NCBI GenBank assembly: GCA_040954595.2
Contig: CM082586.2
Location: 649,123 to 713,122 of the forward strand
Length of the DNA: 64,000 nt
Reading direction: 5' to 3'
Source: Balanoglossus misakiensis
Taxonomy: Eukaryota; Animalia; Hemichordata
A model generated the notes under the pieces. The model saw only the letters and a program-made list of their open reading frames with translations, was not told the DNA's origin and did no database searches. Position 1 is the stretch's first letter; each line of letters begins with the position of its first letter. The position numbers and the translations under genes were made by a program. Positions 50,301-62,100 of this stretch are shown piece by piece.

Positions 50301-53300
50301 ATATTGCCAGCATGTACTGTTCTTGTCATGTCATATATATAAAAGTAGCTATCCTATGTTCTCTTGCAGGTGCGTAAATTTCAACTCCAACAAGAAACTG
50401 AGAAGTGTCGAGTTTTACAGGACGCTCTTCACGTGCTGGCCACAGAACATCACGAGCTTCAACGCTCCATTTCCCCATCCTTTTCCGTGACGAGTTCCCA
50501 CTACGTAGACGCAATCAGTGACGATGAGTTCTTTGATGCAGAGGAGCTGAGTGATAGCAGTAGTAGTCATGGTGACATGATGGAGGAGACACGATTCAAA
50601 GATACATTCCAGAGTCTAAGGATTTCCAGCAGTGGAGGGGGATCATCACAAAATCACTCTCCGATTAAATCGCCCCCGAAGGATGACGGTGATGAACATT
50701 CACAAGATGGCGCCATTGCAATACCCGTTGGCGCACACAGTGGCTACAGGTGAATAGTTTATGGACCTTAACCCTTATACAGCCTGGCAGTTGTACTTTT
50801 AGCATGTACACTAAAACCTGTCTAAACTGAACCCTTTCTAATCTGGAAACCTGTGTATACAGAACACCTTTTCCTGTCCCCATGTTAAAAGAACCTCTAT
50901 AAACTGGAAACCTCTACAAACTGAACAGTTTCTTCAGTCCCTTTGGTGTTTACATGTCATTAAAGCCTTTGTCTTTTTTGTGTGTTTGTTTCACAGGACC
51001 AGGCTACCTGTAGCCATGTTCAACAAAGATCATTTCAGCCTGTGGACAATATTGAAACAATGCATAGGCAAGGAACTCTCCAAGATTACGATGCCTGTTG
51101 TCTTCAATGAACCGCTCAGTTTTCTTCAAAGAATGTGTGAATATCTGGAACATGTGCATTTACTCGACAAAGCTGATTCCTGCCAAGACCCAATCCTTAG
51201 ACTCCAAGTAAGTGACAAGGTTCTGATTCATCAGACCAGATAATTTTTATGACTGCCTTTGCTTCAGATTGTCACTGGTGGTAATTGAGTTTGTAGATGG
51301 GAACATTGTCCTAAAACCTTCAATCTTTTTCTGTTGCAGTACGTTGCAGCCTTTGCAACTGTGGCTTGTGCTTCTAACCTGGACAGGGTCCAGAAACCAT
51401 TTAACCCTCTGCTTGGGGAAACCTATGAATTAATAAGGTAAGAGATGAGAACTTTGCTGCAGAATACACATTCCACGGATCATGGTTGAATACCATACTC
51501 TTTTGGCAAAATGTAAAATGTATGTTGTACTATAAACTAAATGAGAACTGATTTGCATTACATTAACAGGAAAGACATGGGTTTTCGACTGATTTCTGAA
51601 CAAGTGAGTCATCATCCACCAGTCAGTGCATTCTATGCAGATTCTCCCTCTTGGAATTTTCACGGTTCTGTTCATCCCAAACTCAAGTTCTGGGGCAAGA
51701 GTGTAGAAATTCAACCCAAGGGTCTGATCAGTGTGGAACTTACAAGGTGAGTTGATGGATCTGCAGATTATACGCCTTTTTCATAGCGTGAAAACGAGGC
51801 TAGTAGGTCACAGTGAGTTGTCTACCTTTTACCCAGAATGCAATTATTATAATGTGATTTGACCCCCTAACATGAAGAGCCTATATAAGGCAGCCAGAAT
51901 TGTGTAACTAGGATCGGGATATTCATCTGTACAGTCACTTACTCCAAACATCACCATCTTTGCTTTCTTGCAGACATGGTGAAGTCTACACTTGGCAGAA
52001 TGTAAATAATTGTGTACATAATATTATAGTAGGTAAATTATGGTTTGAGCAGTATGGCCAGATGGAGGTGATCAACCATTCTACAGGTGATAAGGCAATC
52101 ATCAACTTCAAACCCAGTGGTTGGTTTGGCAAAGAATTGCATCGCGTTGATGGCCACATTGTTGATAAAAAGTAAGTTCATTCTTTTGATAGAAACGTTC
52201 ATTCCCTGAAACTTGATTGCATCATCCCAAAATACACTTTGATCAGCCATGTCATTTCTGATGACTGGTACAGAAAGACTCAACACACCACAATTTTTTT
52301 TTATCAATCACAGCAAAGTCAAGCGTCGGATACTCTTTGGGAAATGGACAGAATTTCTCTACGCTGTGGAACCTGAGGTGTATGATGCTGTCAAAAAACA
52401 TGGCAAAGAAGCGAAGCGTCACCGTGTGTTCAAAAGAAGCCATGCTGGACCATCAAAGAAAGAATCCCCACCAACTGAGGTGAAAAAATCATGTTGTTAA
52501 GAAAGTTGTCAACTTTGATATTCAGGTACCTTTGCTGAAGCGTTAGGTTGTGCTGAAATTAATTTTACTGCATGTATTGTGTTATTCAGGCAATTGATGG
52601 TGATAGCAGTGAGGAACAGGGAGCATTCTGTACTGGACTATTCCATCATAATCTCTCGACTGATGAAGACACGGACAGTTCAGCTTCTACTATGGATAAT
52701 CATTTTCACTCGTTGCTGAGCGACCATCCCGACTCGCAGTTGCTATGGAGAGTTCCACCAAGACCCGAGGACACAGTGCAGGTAGAACAACAACAATAGT
52801 GCATTGTCTTAACAAATGTCTTGGTTCCCAGTCTTATTCTCTCTCCATTTCTTTTATCAATTATCTAGTCCAATTCTAAAAGAATTTCATCTTCTGTTTC
52901 AGTGTTACAACTTTACTTATTTTGCCATAAGTTTAAATGAACTGAAAGAGGAATTTAAGAAGATTGTACCACCAACAGACTCTAGACTTCGGCCAGACAT
53001 GAGGATGCTGGAAAATGGTGAAATAGGTGAGTCTTAGGGGAATGGCTTTGTATAGGTGATTCAGTTCTGTTCCAATCATCCCATCCTAAGTAGACATATG
53101 ATAACCTAGGCACCAGACCATATTTTAGCACCGTTTCTCTTTTGAGTATGTACGATCGGTAAATAAAATAATGAATGTCTTGTTCATTTACAGATAAAGC
53201 TTCTGCAGAAAAGCATCGTCTTGAAGAAAAACAGCGAGCAGCTCGCAAGCTCCGACACAAGAACAAAGACTCCTGGTCCCCACTGTGGTTTACACAAGGT

Positions 53301-53387
53301 GTTAGTCCAAATACTGGCGCCCCTGATTGGCTTTACAATGGAGGATATTGGGACAGAGAATATTCCAAGTGTCCAGATATATTTTAG
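41373..53387 (+). CDS. OSBPL1A: Oxysterol-binding protein-related protein 1 (ankyrin repeats, PH, coiled coil, FFAT, ORD), multi-exon; 6377-bp intron 43993..50369
   Basis: Ankyrin [13 protein letters not shown] and [12 protein letters not shown]; [15 protein letters not shown]; FFAT EFFDAEE at 50526-50546; [45 protein letters not shown]. Confidence 0.94.
41559..41643. mobile_element. 85-bp piggyBac-like MITE (full-length)
   Basis: ttaa|CCCTTTCACC ... GGTCAAAGGG|tgaa; same length and internal gaaaacaatgg core as the copy at 62651. Confidence 0.7.
43281..43410. repeat. Compound (GACA)n/(GA)n microsatellite in an OSBPL1A intron
   Basis: Direct reading. Confidence 0.95.
44245..44454 (+). promoter_or_regulatory. 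Putative internal promoter / alternative non-coding first exon inside the large OSBPL1A intron
   Basis: ETS CCGGAAGT at 44245, abrupt CpG-rich island (about 44240-45100), donor GAAG|GTAATT after 44454. Confidence 0.5.
48541..48586. mobile_element. 3' fragment of the 85-bp piggyBac-like MITE
   Basis: ttgaaaacaatgagtttggactgatccatggtggtgaaaggtttaa matches the right half of the family. Confidence 0.65.
50809..50945. mobile_element. Degraded Tc1/pogo-like MITE remnant with internal aaacc/aaactg subrepeats
   Basis: ta|cactaaaacctgtctaaactg... followed by repeated aacctct.taaactg units; right TIR not recognisable. Confidence 0.35.
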
Positions 53388-54773
53388 ATTTCACTTCTAA
53401 TAATCAACACAACCATGTATCTGAACTTCAAGCCCCAGTAGCTGCCACTTATAACATATTTTTAATTGATGAAAGGAAAATCATAAAAATAATGCAAATA
53501 TTGGCAGCTATTTGGGCTTCAATGTGATTGGATGGTCTTTTAATAATACCAAATTTGATTGGTCAGTCTGATGGACAGCCAAGAGATGTGCTTATTTCAA
53601 ACATTGTTCTGTCATACTTTGATTAGGTCAGGAAATAATTTTTTAAATAAGAAATGATTGGTTCAAATGGCAACTTGCAAAATTTCTAAATTGACATGAC
53701 AAAAATATATTTCTATAGAACGAAAAAATATTAACTAGTAATTTATTGGGGATTGACAGCCAGTCGTAACAAATTAATGTACGTATAGAAGAGGTTTACT
53801 GTGGATTTGAATGTTAGGTCAAAACACATCTTTTATACAACCAATCAGATGCATGGTTGTATTATTATCTCAGGAAGACCATCTCTGTCAGAAGGTCTGA
53901 AGTGTACACTTCAAAAATTTATTGATTGTGTCAACCAGTATAGTGCAATCTCTCTGGTAATAATTCTAACTTGGAGTGTTTTTATTTCTATTGCACTGTA
54001 CTCAAATGGTCAACTAAAAAGCAACGGTGTTTTTAACCTCTTCAAGTCCGCAATGGTTTGCGCCAGTGAGTTCTGAGCTAAAAAGGTCATTTCTAAAATT
54101 CAGTAAATGGGGATGAGAGGTTTCTTTCTGTTTTCTTTTTGGTAGACACATCTTCTGACTTATCAAACAATACATTTGCTCTTTTTTTCTTTGAAGTAGA
54201 CTAAATTAAGGATATCACATAATGTCATTTTCATTTAGGACTTCCAGTTATTCATTATTATAAATCTGTAAATTTCATCAAAATCTTGTTAAAATAGCAG
54301 TAGTATTGTTGTCATTATGACTGTAGTTGAAGGAATTTAAAATCACTGTCTTCGTTGTTTATTGTACAAAAACTTTGACACATTCTCCTTTACGTGTTTT
54401 GCAAAATATTTAATTTTTCAAGCGTAGTCACCCACTGAAAGTAAGTTTTCTTTTGCAAGTCTTATTTATGTTGAAAAATTTGCGTCTGAATCTATGTTAA
54501 GTCATGGCACATCAATCATTGATAGGAGGGAATGATAGATCGGAAAATTATGCAGATTACAGACTTACAAGGATTGTATTCACTGCATGACTGTTGGTGC
54601 CAAATGATTGGAATTATCAAGATTACTGAAAGGTGAAGTATTTTAGAGTTTCGATATTTTTTGGTCATTTTTTTTCTCAAGAATGCTTTCGTCTGATTTT
54701 ATTTAACTCCACCACAATCAGGGAATCAGCACAAAACATTTTGGATTGTTCATGCCAACCTATAGGAAAATGA

Positions 54774-54839
54774 AGTAAAATTCAATATGGCCGCCAGTAA
54801 AATTCAATATGGCCGCCAGTAAAATTCAATATGGCTGCC
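54774..54839. repeat. 22-bp tandem repeat x3 (agtaaaattcaatatggccgcc)
   Basis: Two perfect units and one with a single mismatch. Confidence 0.9.
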
Positions 54840-55962
54840 AGAGAATTGTTTATGTGAAATTTTCATTGTCTGAAATCTGTCCCACAGATGCATTCTTAAC
54901 AAGTGCAAGATACCCTTGTCTGCAGGTAAATTTGTGTGGAAAAATGCTCGTGCAATCCAATTTTGATGGTTTATTGTAGCTTAGTGGGAGGTTAATAAAA
55001 ATCATACAGTTCAGCCATGAATTTATTGCCTTCAATCAGGAAGAAGTAGTTTTGCATTATTGTTAGGTAGTGTAGAATATCTTTCTTGATTCTTGTTTTA
55101 GTTTAGCTCTGCTCTTTTCCAGTTGATGATAAATCTAAAATCCTGTGTGCTAGGGTTCTCCTTGTATGCAACTGCCCCCAAAAATCCCATCAGCCAGCCA
55201 GCCTCAACCAATTTTTACCTGCCATGAAACGAGTTGTCACCGATTGTAGTCTGTCAGCTTTTTCAGGCTTTCCTGTTCTTCAGTCTCGGGAGTTACTTGC
55301 ATGCAGGCAGTGTTTATTCACTACAATTAGATAAAATTTGGATGTAAACATTTGTAGAAACGTGCCATGGCAATTATATTACATAAATATTCATATTATG
55401 TTATTTCAACCTGTACAAATGTTAAAATTTACACTTGTCCATATCAATAATAGAAGAAATACTAGGCACGAATATTCATTTATTCTAATTAGCATTTCTC
55501 TGTATTTAAATAGTGCATTTGGGATTGCATTGAGGCAGTAGTGTTATTTGCATAGCAGTCTTTTTTCTAATGATTTTGCATAGCTTTGATATGGCATTCA
55601 TGACAGCATTCTGCTGTGTGATGGTTCTGATGAATTGAAGAGAATCAGTATTTTTTTCTCTTGATATTAACAAAATTGTTAGTATTCTGATTGATGTCAA
55701 TAAAACAATGGGAAGTAAATTGGTGTGTGGTTTGTTTTGTTACCCTAGTACCACAGACCCAAGAAAGTCTAGGGTCTATGCCCAATACACACTACTTCTC
55801 ATTGTTTTGTCTCTGAAAGGTCATTTCCATAGAAAAACAAACAAACATAAGAGTTTTTGTCTGTTTACAGAATAGTTTATTGGGAAACAAAGCCGTGCAA
55901 ACTTTTAATTTACATCGTCTCAAAGACAAAGGTGAATATGACTTGGAATGTCTGTGCTTTGT

Positions 55963-58537
55963 TCATGATATCATAGGGAAGACTCTTTTATCTTGTCTTT
56001 CACGAGATGGTATCCATCGTTGCATCAGGATCTCTTGAACTTTGAACCTGCTCAAGCATTGAGGAGACTGCATCTCTTGGTCGGTCATATCTGAAGGCTT
56101 CAAAACGTAACAGAATAACAATGCCTGGAAACAGAGAAGAAAATTCACCATGGTTACAGCATGTATGGAACTTGCAATGCATTTATATCCTACAGGTCAG
56201 TAGTGAACAAGACTAATTACCTTAGCAGCATGTTCTGTCACACGATTCATTCCGCTCACAACATGCCACGATAGGGGGCGCTCTTCCTGTCGACATGGCA
56301 ACAGAGTGGTTCCATCCACCATAGATACCAGTACAGAGTATGTGGAATGGTAAAATGGAGGGCCTTGCTTGTACACAACTGAAATACAGAGAAAAGTTTG
56401 GAATTACTGCCTGTACATTCTTCAAACAACTGTGATTACAGAGATTAAATAATGTCGAGCCAACAAGGACTATGAAAGTGTTACAATTATGGTACCAGAG
56501 TTGACTAAATGAGAAATGTACTTACTGAAGTCAGAGCCAAATTTGATCCCCGTCTTTGGAACCCATCCTTTGCTTCTCATATTGTGATACACTACATACA
56601 TTGATACAAAGTTGTGTTGAAGGGAGCAAAACTTCTGCCACATTGAGCGCAAACTCAGAGGATTCTAAACAAAGAAAACAAAGAAACATTTATGGTTAGT
56701 TAGTTATACTAATGCTCAGTTCATAAAATCAAAACTTAATAGTGAATCTATCGTAACAAATTCAAGAACACTCACTCCATCTTCATCATTGACTGTCAGA
56801 CATCCTAATCCAAATGCCAGGAAGTAAGCCTACAAATAAAAAACATATTTGAATGAAGAGTTCAAATGTCAAATGATGGTGCATTACAAACACACAGATA
56901 TAACATTTCATCAAAAAATCTTTGGGAATGTTGTCCAAGTATGTCTGAGAATTGATCCCTCGGCCTTTGTCCCTAAAAGTAGAGAGAAAGACTTACCTCT
57001 TCCAAAGACAATTCTAGATATTCTTGAATTGGATACGGGTCTTTTTTCTTCAGAGTTTTTTTCTTACCATGCTGTAACATTGAAAACAATGAACATTACA
57101 TACATATTTTTTTGAAACCAGACATAACTGCACACAAAATAGGATCAGTATTTGCTCTGTAACATAATTTACTTCTAAATGTTGTCTCACCTTTGATGCA
57201 AGTTTTTTAGTTTCCTGAACTTCCTTCTCTTTCACTTCTTTCTTGTCGCATATTACCATGCCAACATCACCATTATTGCTTTCATCAGAATCAGCGATTA
57301 CAACATCTGTGTTCTCAGAACTGCTGCCTTCATCATCGACCTTTGTCTTCTCTTTAGTGATGTCATCATTTTCTGTGCACTCCTGCCTACTGAATGTTTC
57401 TTGAGAGTTTGTGTCCATCTTTGCATCTGTATTTTGAAGAGTCAATTCACTTTGCACACACAATCCTTTTGTGGGGGAATGATTGTCTTGACAGCTAACA
57501 ATCTTTTCACTGTTTACATCTTCACTTCTCGTGATAGCATTAGTTCCTAAGGTGACATCTTTACCTTCTGGTATGTGTGAAACATCATTACTTTGCGTGT
57601 TCCAAGGTTGGTTATTTTTAGTGATGTCATCACATTTTGCCCTTTTTGAGTCTGGTTGACCTTCCATCGAAGTACATGCATTGTGAATGTTTTCCGTCCT
57701 TTGCGATTTATCGCACACTGGTTCCTCACAGCTGTCGTCACATTTAGTATGTGGGTTTTCCTTCGATTCTGACAATTCTTCTTCCTGTTTTTGTAATTGA
57801 TTGAACCACTGCAGATGTCTCATGTATCTGTGAAAAGAAAAGGTATTACACACTGAAAATGCTAATTCAAGCAAAAAACAGGAGACACTTCATGTGAGCA
57901 TCTCTGAGTGTTATTGACTTTAAAGTTATATAAATCAGTAATAATATTTACCTCTGTTTTCTGACTTGCTGAAATCTCTGCTGTTGAAATCGTCTTTCTT
58001 TTGGCGGCACTATCAAATGAAAAATTAAGAATGTACAGTAAATGTTTTGTCTTGAAACTTGGGGATGAGATTTTCTCTACCCTTATTTGACAAATGGATT
58101 AGAAATGTCAACTTACATCGTTTTCGCACCAATCCCTGGTATGAGGATACAAATCTTTTGTGTTCTGGTTTACTCCTAGACAACATTCCTTTCCCAAAGA
58201 AACCCTGTGAGTAGAAAATAAATACCATGGATCAATTTGTGCTTAGAGCAGAATAAAAAGAACCTTGAAAAACATGGATAATCACCATTAGTTTACTGTG
58301 TTCTGCATAAGTACATATTAACTTCACAAAACTTACCATTTTATATAAGAATGTAATATCACTAGGTCTTGTGATCATTACACAATTACCAAACAGTTGT
58401 CCAGTATAGTAATACCAGTTATTTTCTGTGGATGGTCTGCCATCAATGGAAGCAATTGGAACTGGAAATGGACTCGATTCCTGCTGATGGATTCTTTTCT
58501 TTTTCCTTGGCTCGGGTAATTTGCCAGATGCAGACAT
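55963..58537 (-). CDS. TSEN2: tRNA-splicing endonuclease catalytic subunit Sen2, multi-exon
   Basis: MSASGKLPEPRKKKR..SPFPVP, LYKMGFFGKGMLSRSKPEH, long acidic insertion, EEAYFLAFGLGCL, YHNMRSKGWVPKTGIKFGSDF, YKQGPPFYHSTYSV, RWIPSRER. Confidence 0.94.
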
Positions 58538-58559
58538 GGTATCTGTGGGAATAAATAGA

Positions 58560-59127
58560 CTGTCCCACAGAACATTTCACAAAGCTCGCTTTCCAACAGC
58601 TTCACTGGTTTCAGCCTGCTACACTTTCGTGCCCAGCTGATCGCCCAGCTGTATTTCAATGTGCATTTCATAAAGTGCGACACCACCGGTCAGAACGTGC
58701 TGAAATGAAGCCCTCCAAGGCCGCCCATCCATGTGTAAAACTGCATAGGGGCGTATGCAGTCCATCTGATGCAGATACGTTCATTCCAAAACATGCATTT
58801 CTACTCTGTCGTGTATTCATATAGCCTGTTTATTTCATGTGTGTGATCTATAATAAACATTTATATATGCACAGTCCCTGGATCTATGGAAGTGTGACCC
58901 AAAAGCTTCAAAAACGGTGTTGAGTAACCATGCTTCGAGGGGGATTGACCCCGCCAAGGATCTTTTAAGCTCATCACTACAAAGCTAAAGGGTCGTTTCT
59001 GACGTCATCACCAGCCTGGTCGCCATATTTGATCGTTTGACGATTACACGTTGACGAATTTTGCGACTTTTTCCCCGTCGATTTTTGAGTAGAAAACGCC
59101 ACCCAGGGTGGTTTAATTGACGCCAAG
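58560..59127. promoter_or_regulatory. Bidirectional promoter region of TSEN2/SF1
   Basis: About 590 bp between divergent ATGs; CpG-rich; CRE TGACGTCA 59000-59007; YY1-like CGCCAT 59021. Confidence 0.6.
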
Positions 59128-62100
59128 ATGAACATGGCAGCGACAGGCGCCAACAGCATTCCGCTGGGCAAGCCTAATCCCTCGATATCAGGTGGCAGGA
59201 TGTCGAGCGAATCGATGTTGAATGCGGCAAGAGAAGCGGCTGCAAGGATCGCAGAGAAAAGACGTGTGGGGAATGCTGCATCAACTGAGCAAGATGGCAG
59301 CGGCAGTGAGTAACTAATAATATTATTCTATCAAAATTCAAAACACTGATCGGCCATAAAACAAGTGTGCGAAGATCGAGTAGAAATCTCCAATATCTGC
59401 AAGATTAGGTCATGGAGCCAGCTCCATGATTAGATTTATCGTTGGTGAAACGTTAAATTTAAATATGAAAGGAAATGGACACAGAAAAGAGTCTGGTTGA
59501 TTGACAAAGCATACACCCAGTTTACATTGTGAGAAAAAGTTCACATTATTCATATTGTCACAAACTGTAGATCTGTTTTTGTTTGTGAATGTTTATTTCA
59601 GTAAGCAATATTTCATTGTGAATTTAGACGCCTATATGAATATTCCTGAAAGGGACAATAGTACCGGGGAAACATATCGGGGAACGAACATATATATTTT
59701 TGTGTACCTGCAGATAAGAAGAGGCGAAGGAGCAGATGGGAACAGCCTACAGAAACCAAGCCCCCTGTGCCTACAGTTCTGCCTCCAAATTTGACACCTG
59801 ATCAAGAAAAACAGTTTTTATGTAAGCATCAAGTTCCATCATTTTTGCCGTATTTTTTATAACCCACGTGTTTTATTATTAATATTGCTTCCTCAAGTCA
59901 AATTTCATATTCATGATGATGGATTATTTGAATGTGTGGGTACCTCACATTGTATTGCATTTCCAGTTGCCGTGCTTTGTGAAGCACAACAATGAAATGA
60001 TGAATGGATAGAATGGTCTACTTCAGCCAAAATAGTCTTGAAAAAATTGAATGGCTGTCAAATCTGTAAATTATTCATGTTTTAACATTGCATTAATATT
60101 TATTTCCCTCGCCATTTAAGAATGACATTCTCCTTTGAATGAGAGGACTCACTATCCACAATGTTAGAGACAAGTGAGCATCTTTCATCATTAAATAAGG
60201 GAGGGCAACATTTCATCTATGAATAATTTGAAAAGACGTTGTAAGACTTTGTGACAAGTTACCAAAAGTTAACAGTTAACCGAATGATATGAGTTGATCT
60301 AGATATAACCAGAGAATGTTTATATATGTCAGAAGTGCTAAGTATGGTGGTTTGATTTAACCATTATGAATGTTCCCTCTAAGTTAAACCATAGAAGCTA
60401 CTCTCTATGGTGCTTTATCATGATTCTTGGCAGTCAAATATAACCATTTTCACAAGGTAAACTTCCTTGTAGAGAGATGTGATTGTGTGTATAAGCTCAT
60501 AAAATTCCATTGATTGTTCCCCTTTCAAACTTTTTACAAGCATTTTACTGTAAAACTACAAAAAACAGACTCCTTTGATGTACCTTTTCAAAATGAACCT
60601 CATGTATGTTTCATGAATACTTAGAGGGAACATTGATCAGTAATATTGTTTGACAATCGTTTTAAATCAATGTTTTTCTCCTCATTTTAACCCCATCTAT
60701 TGCAGTGCACTTGCAAATAGAGGAACTGAGTCGACGTCTTCGTACAGGTGACCTTGGTATCCCACCTAACCCAGATGATAGGTTTGTCTAACCAAAATGT
60801 TGTGCTTTTTTTTTTCTTGTTTTATATTGTTTGCTAACTGTAATGAATTCCTAGCAGTCTAGGTGGTACACATACCTAGAACTGATGGGTGTAATGTAAG
60901 CACATAATAATCTTGTATTTGTGTCTGACCATTTCTGTTTTACCAAGGGTGCCAGATCATATTCCATGATTGTCTATCATAATGTATAGGATAATTCATG
61001 CCTCTGGTTGGCTTTTTCCCCCTGACTTCATTGGCACAGAGAGAAAATCAAGTTATTTTGAAGAATGTTTGGATAGTTTAAAATAAAGCCAGCATGATAA
61101 AATTAAAGTTGCTTCACCAATTTTCACTTCCTAGCTTTATAACCATTTTTTCCCACCTCACCAGTCTTGTAACCTATTTTGGTTTTCAGGAGGTGCATCC
61201 ACAGTGTTTTTAATAACTTTTGTTTTCCCACCTAACATTTCTATTTGACAGCAGTCTCAGAAGTTTTAAAATTTGACTTTATTTCACCAAATTTGGCAGT
61301 AATGAATGTTTAGCAACCTAAATTTGAAAATACAGTGTTGCAGCCAAAATAAACCACTGACTTGAAAACAGTAATAAAATTGTTCTAATTCAAATAACTT
61401 ACAGTGTGTAATGACCTTTTGAAATTACAGGTCTCAACTTGTTAATCATAATGAAACTGAAATTGTTCTTGACTGTGAGAATCTCATGACACTTAGACTG
61501 AATAATTCCGGTCAATTCTCTTTTGTAGCAGTAAGGCTTGGCTGGTTTGTGCATGCAACACTGAAGCAAACTTCATCCGACCAATCAAAAATTTGAGACC
61601 AGAAGGGCATGTGAAATTTCAACCCTGTTTTGTCTGCCATGGGTCGGACTAAGTTTGCTTCTGTGTCAGTCATTTGAAGTTCTGCTTTTGTTTGCATAGC
61701 TGAATCTATAATCACCAGTGCTATATAATCTGTTCAATATCTGCAACATATCATGGTTTTCATCATGTATAAATAATACATGACATAACTTGTTGTTCCA
61801 GATTTCTTGCCAAAAAACCCCCACCTTATCAAATGTCTTTCCATCTAGCTTTTTGATGTGAGGATATCAGACACCTTTCACCATTCTCCCATTTGTGATC
61901 TAACAGCTTGTGTGGTGATCCCCTGTGCTCATTTTGTTGTTCAATGCTGGTCTTTGCACTTTTTCTGTTACCTAGTCTTAGCAGCTTCCTTTCTTTTTTT
62001 ACAATTTCATAATCCTTCAATCATTTCTGATTCTCTGAACATTTTCAGTGACACATCTACACAGACACAGATTGAAGCAATGTCTATATACCAAATTTAT

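Noticed and set aside
54774-54839. Repeat array as CRISPR-like
   Set aside because: No spacers, no cas genes, eukaryotic context
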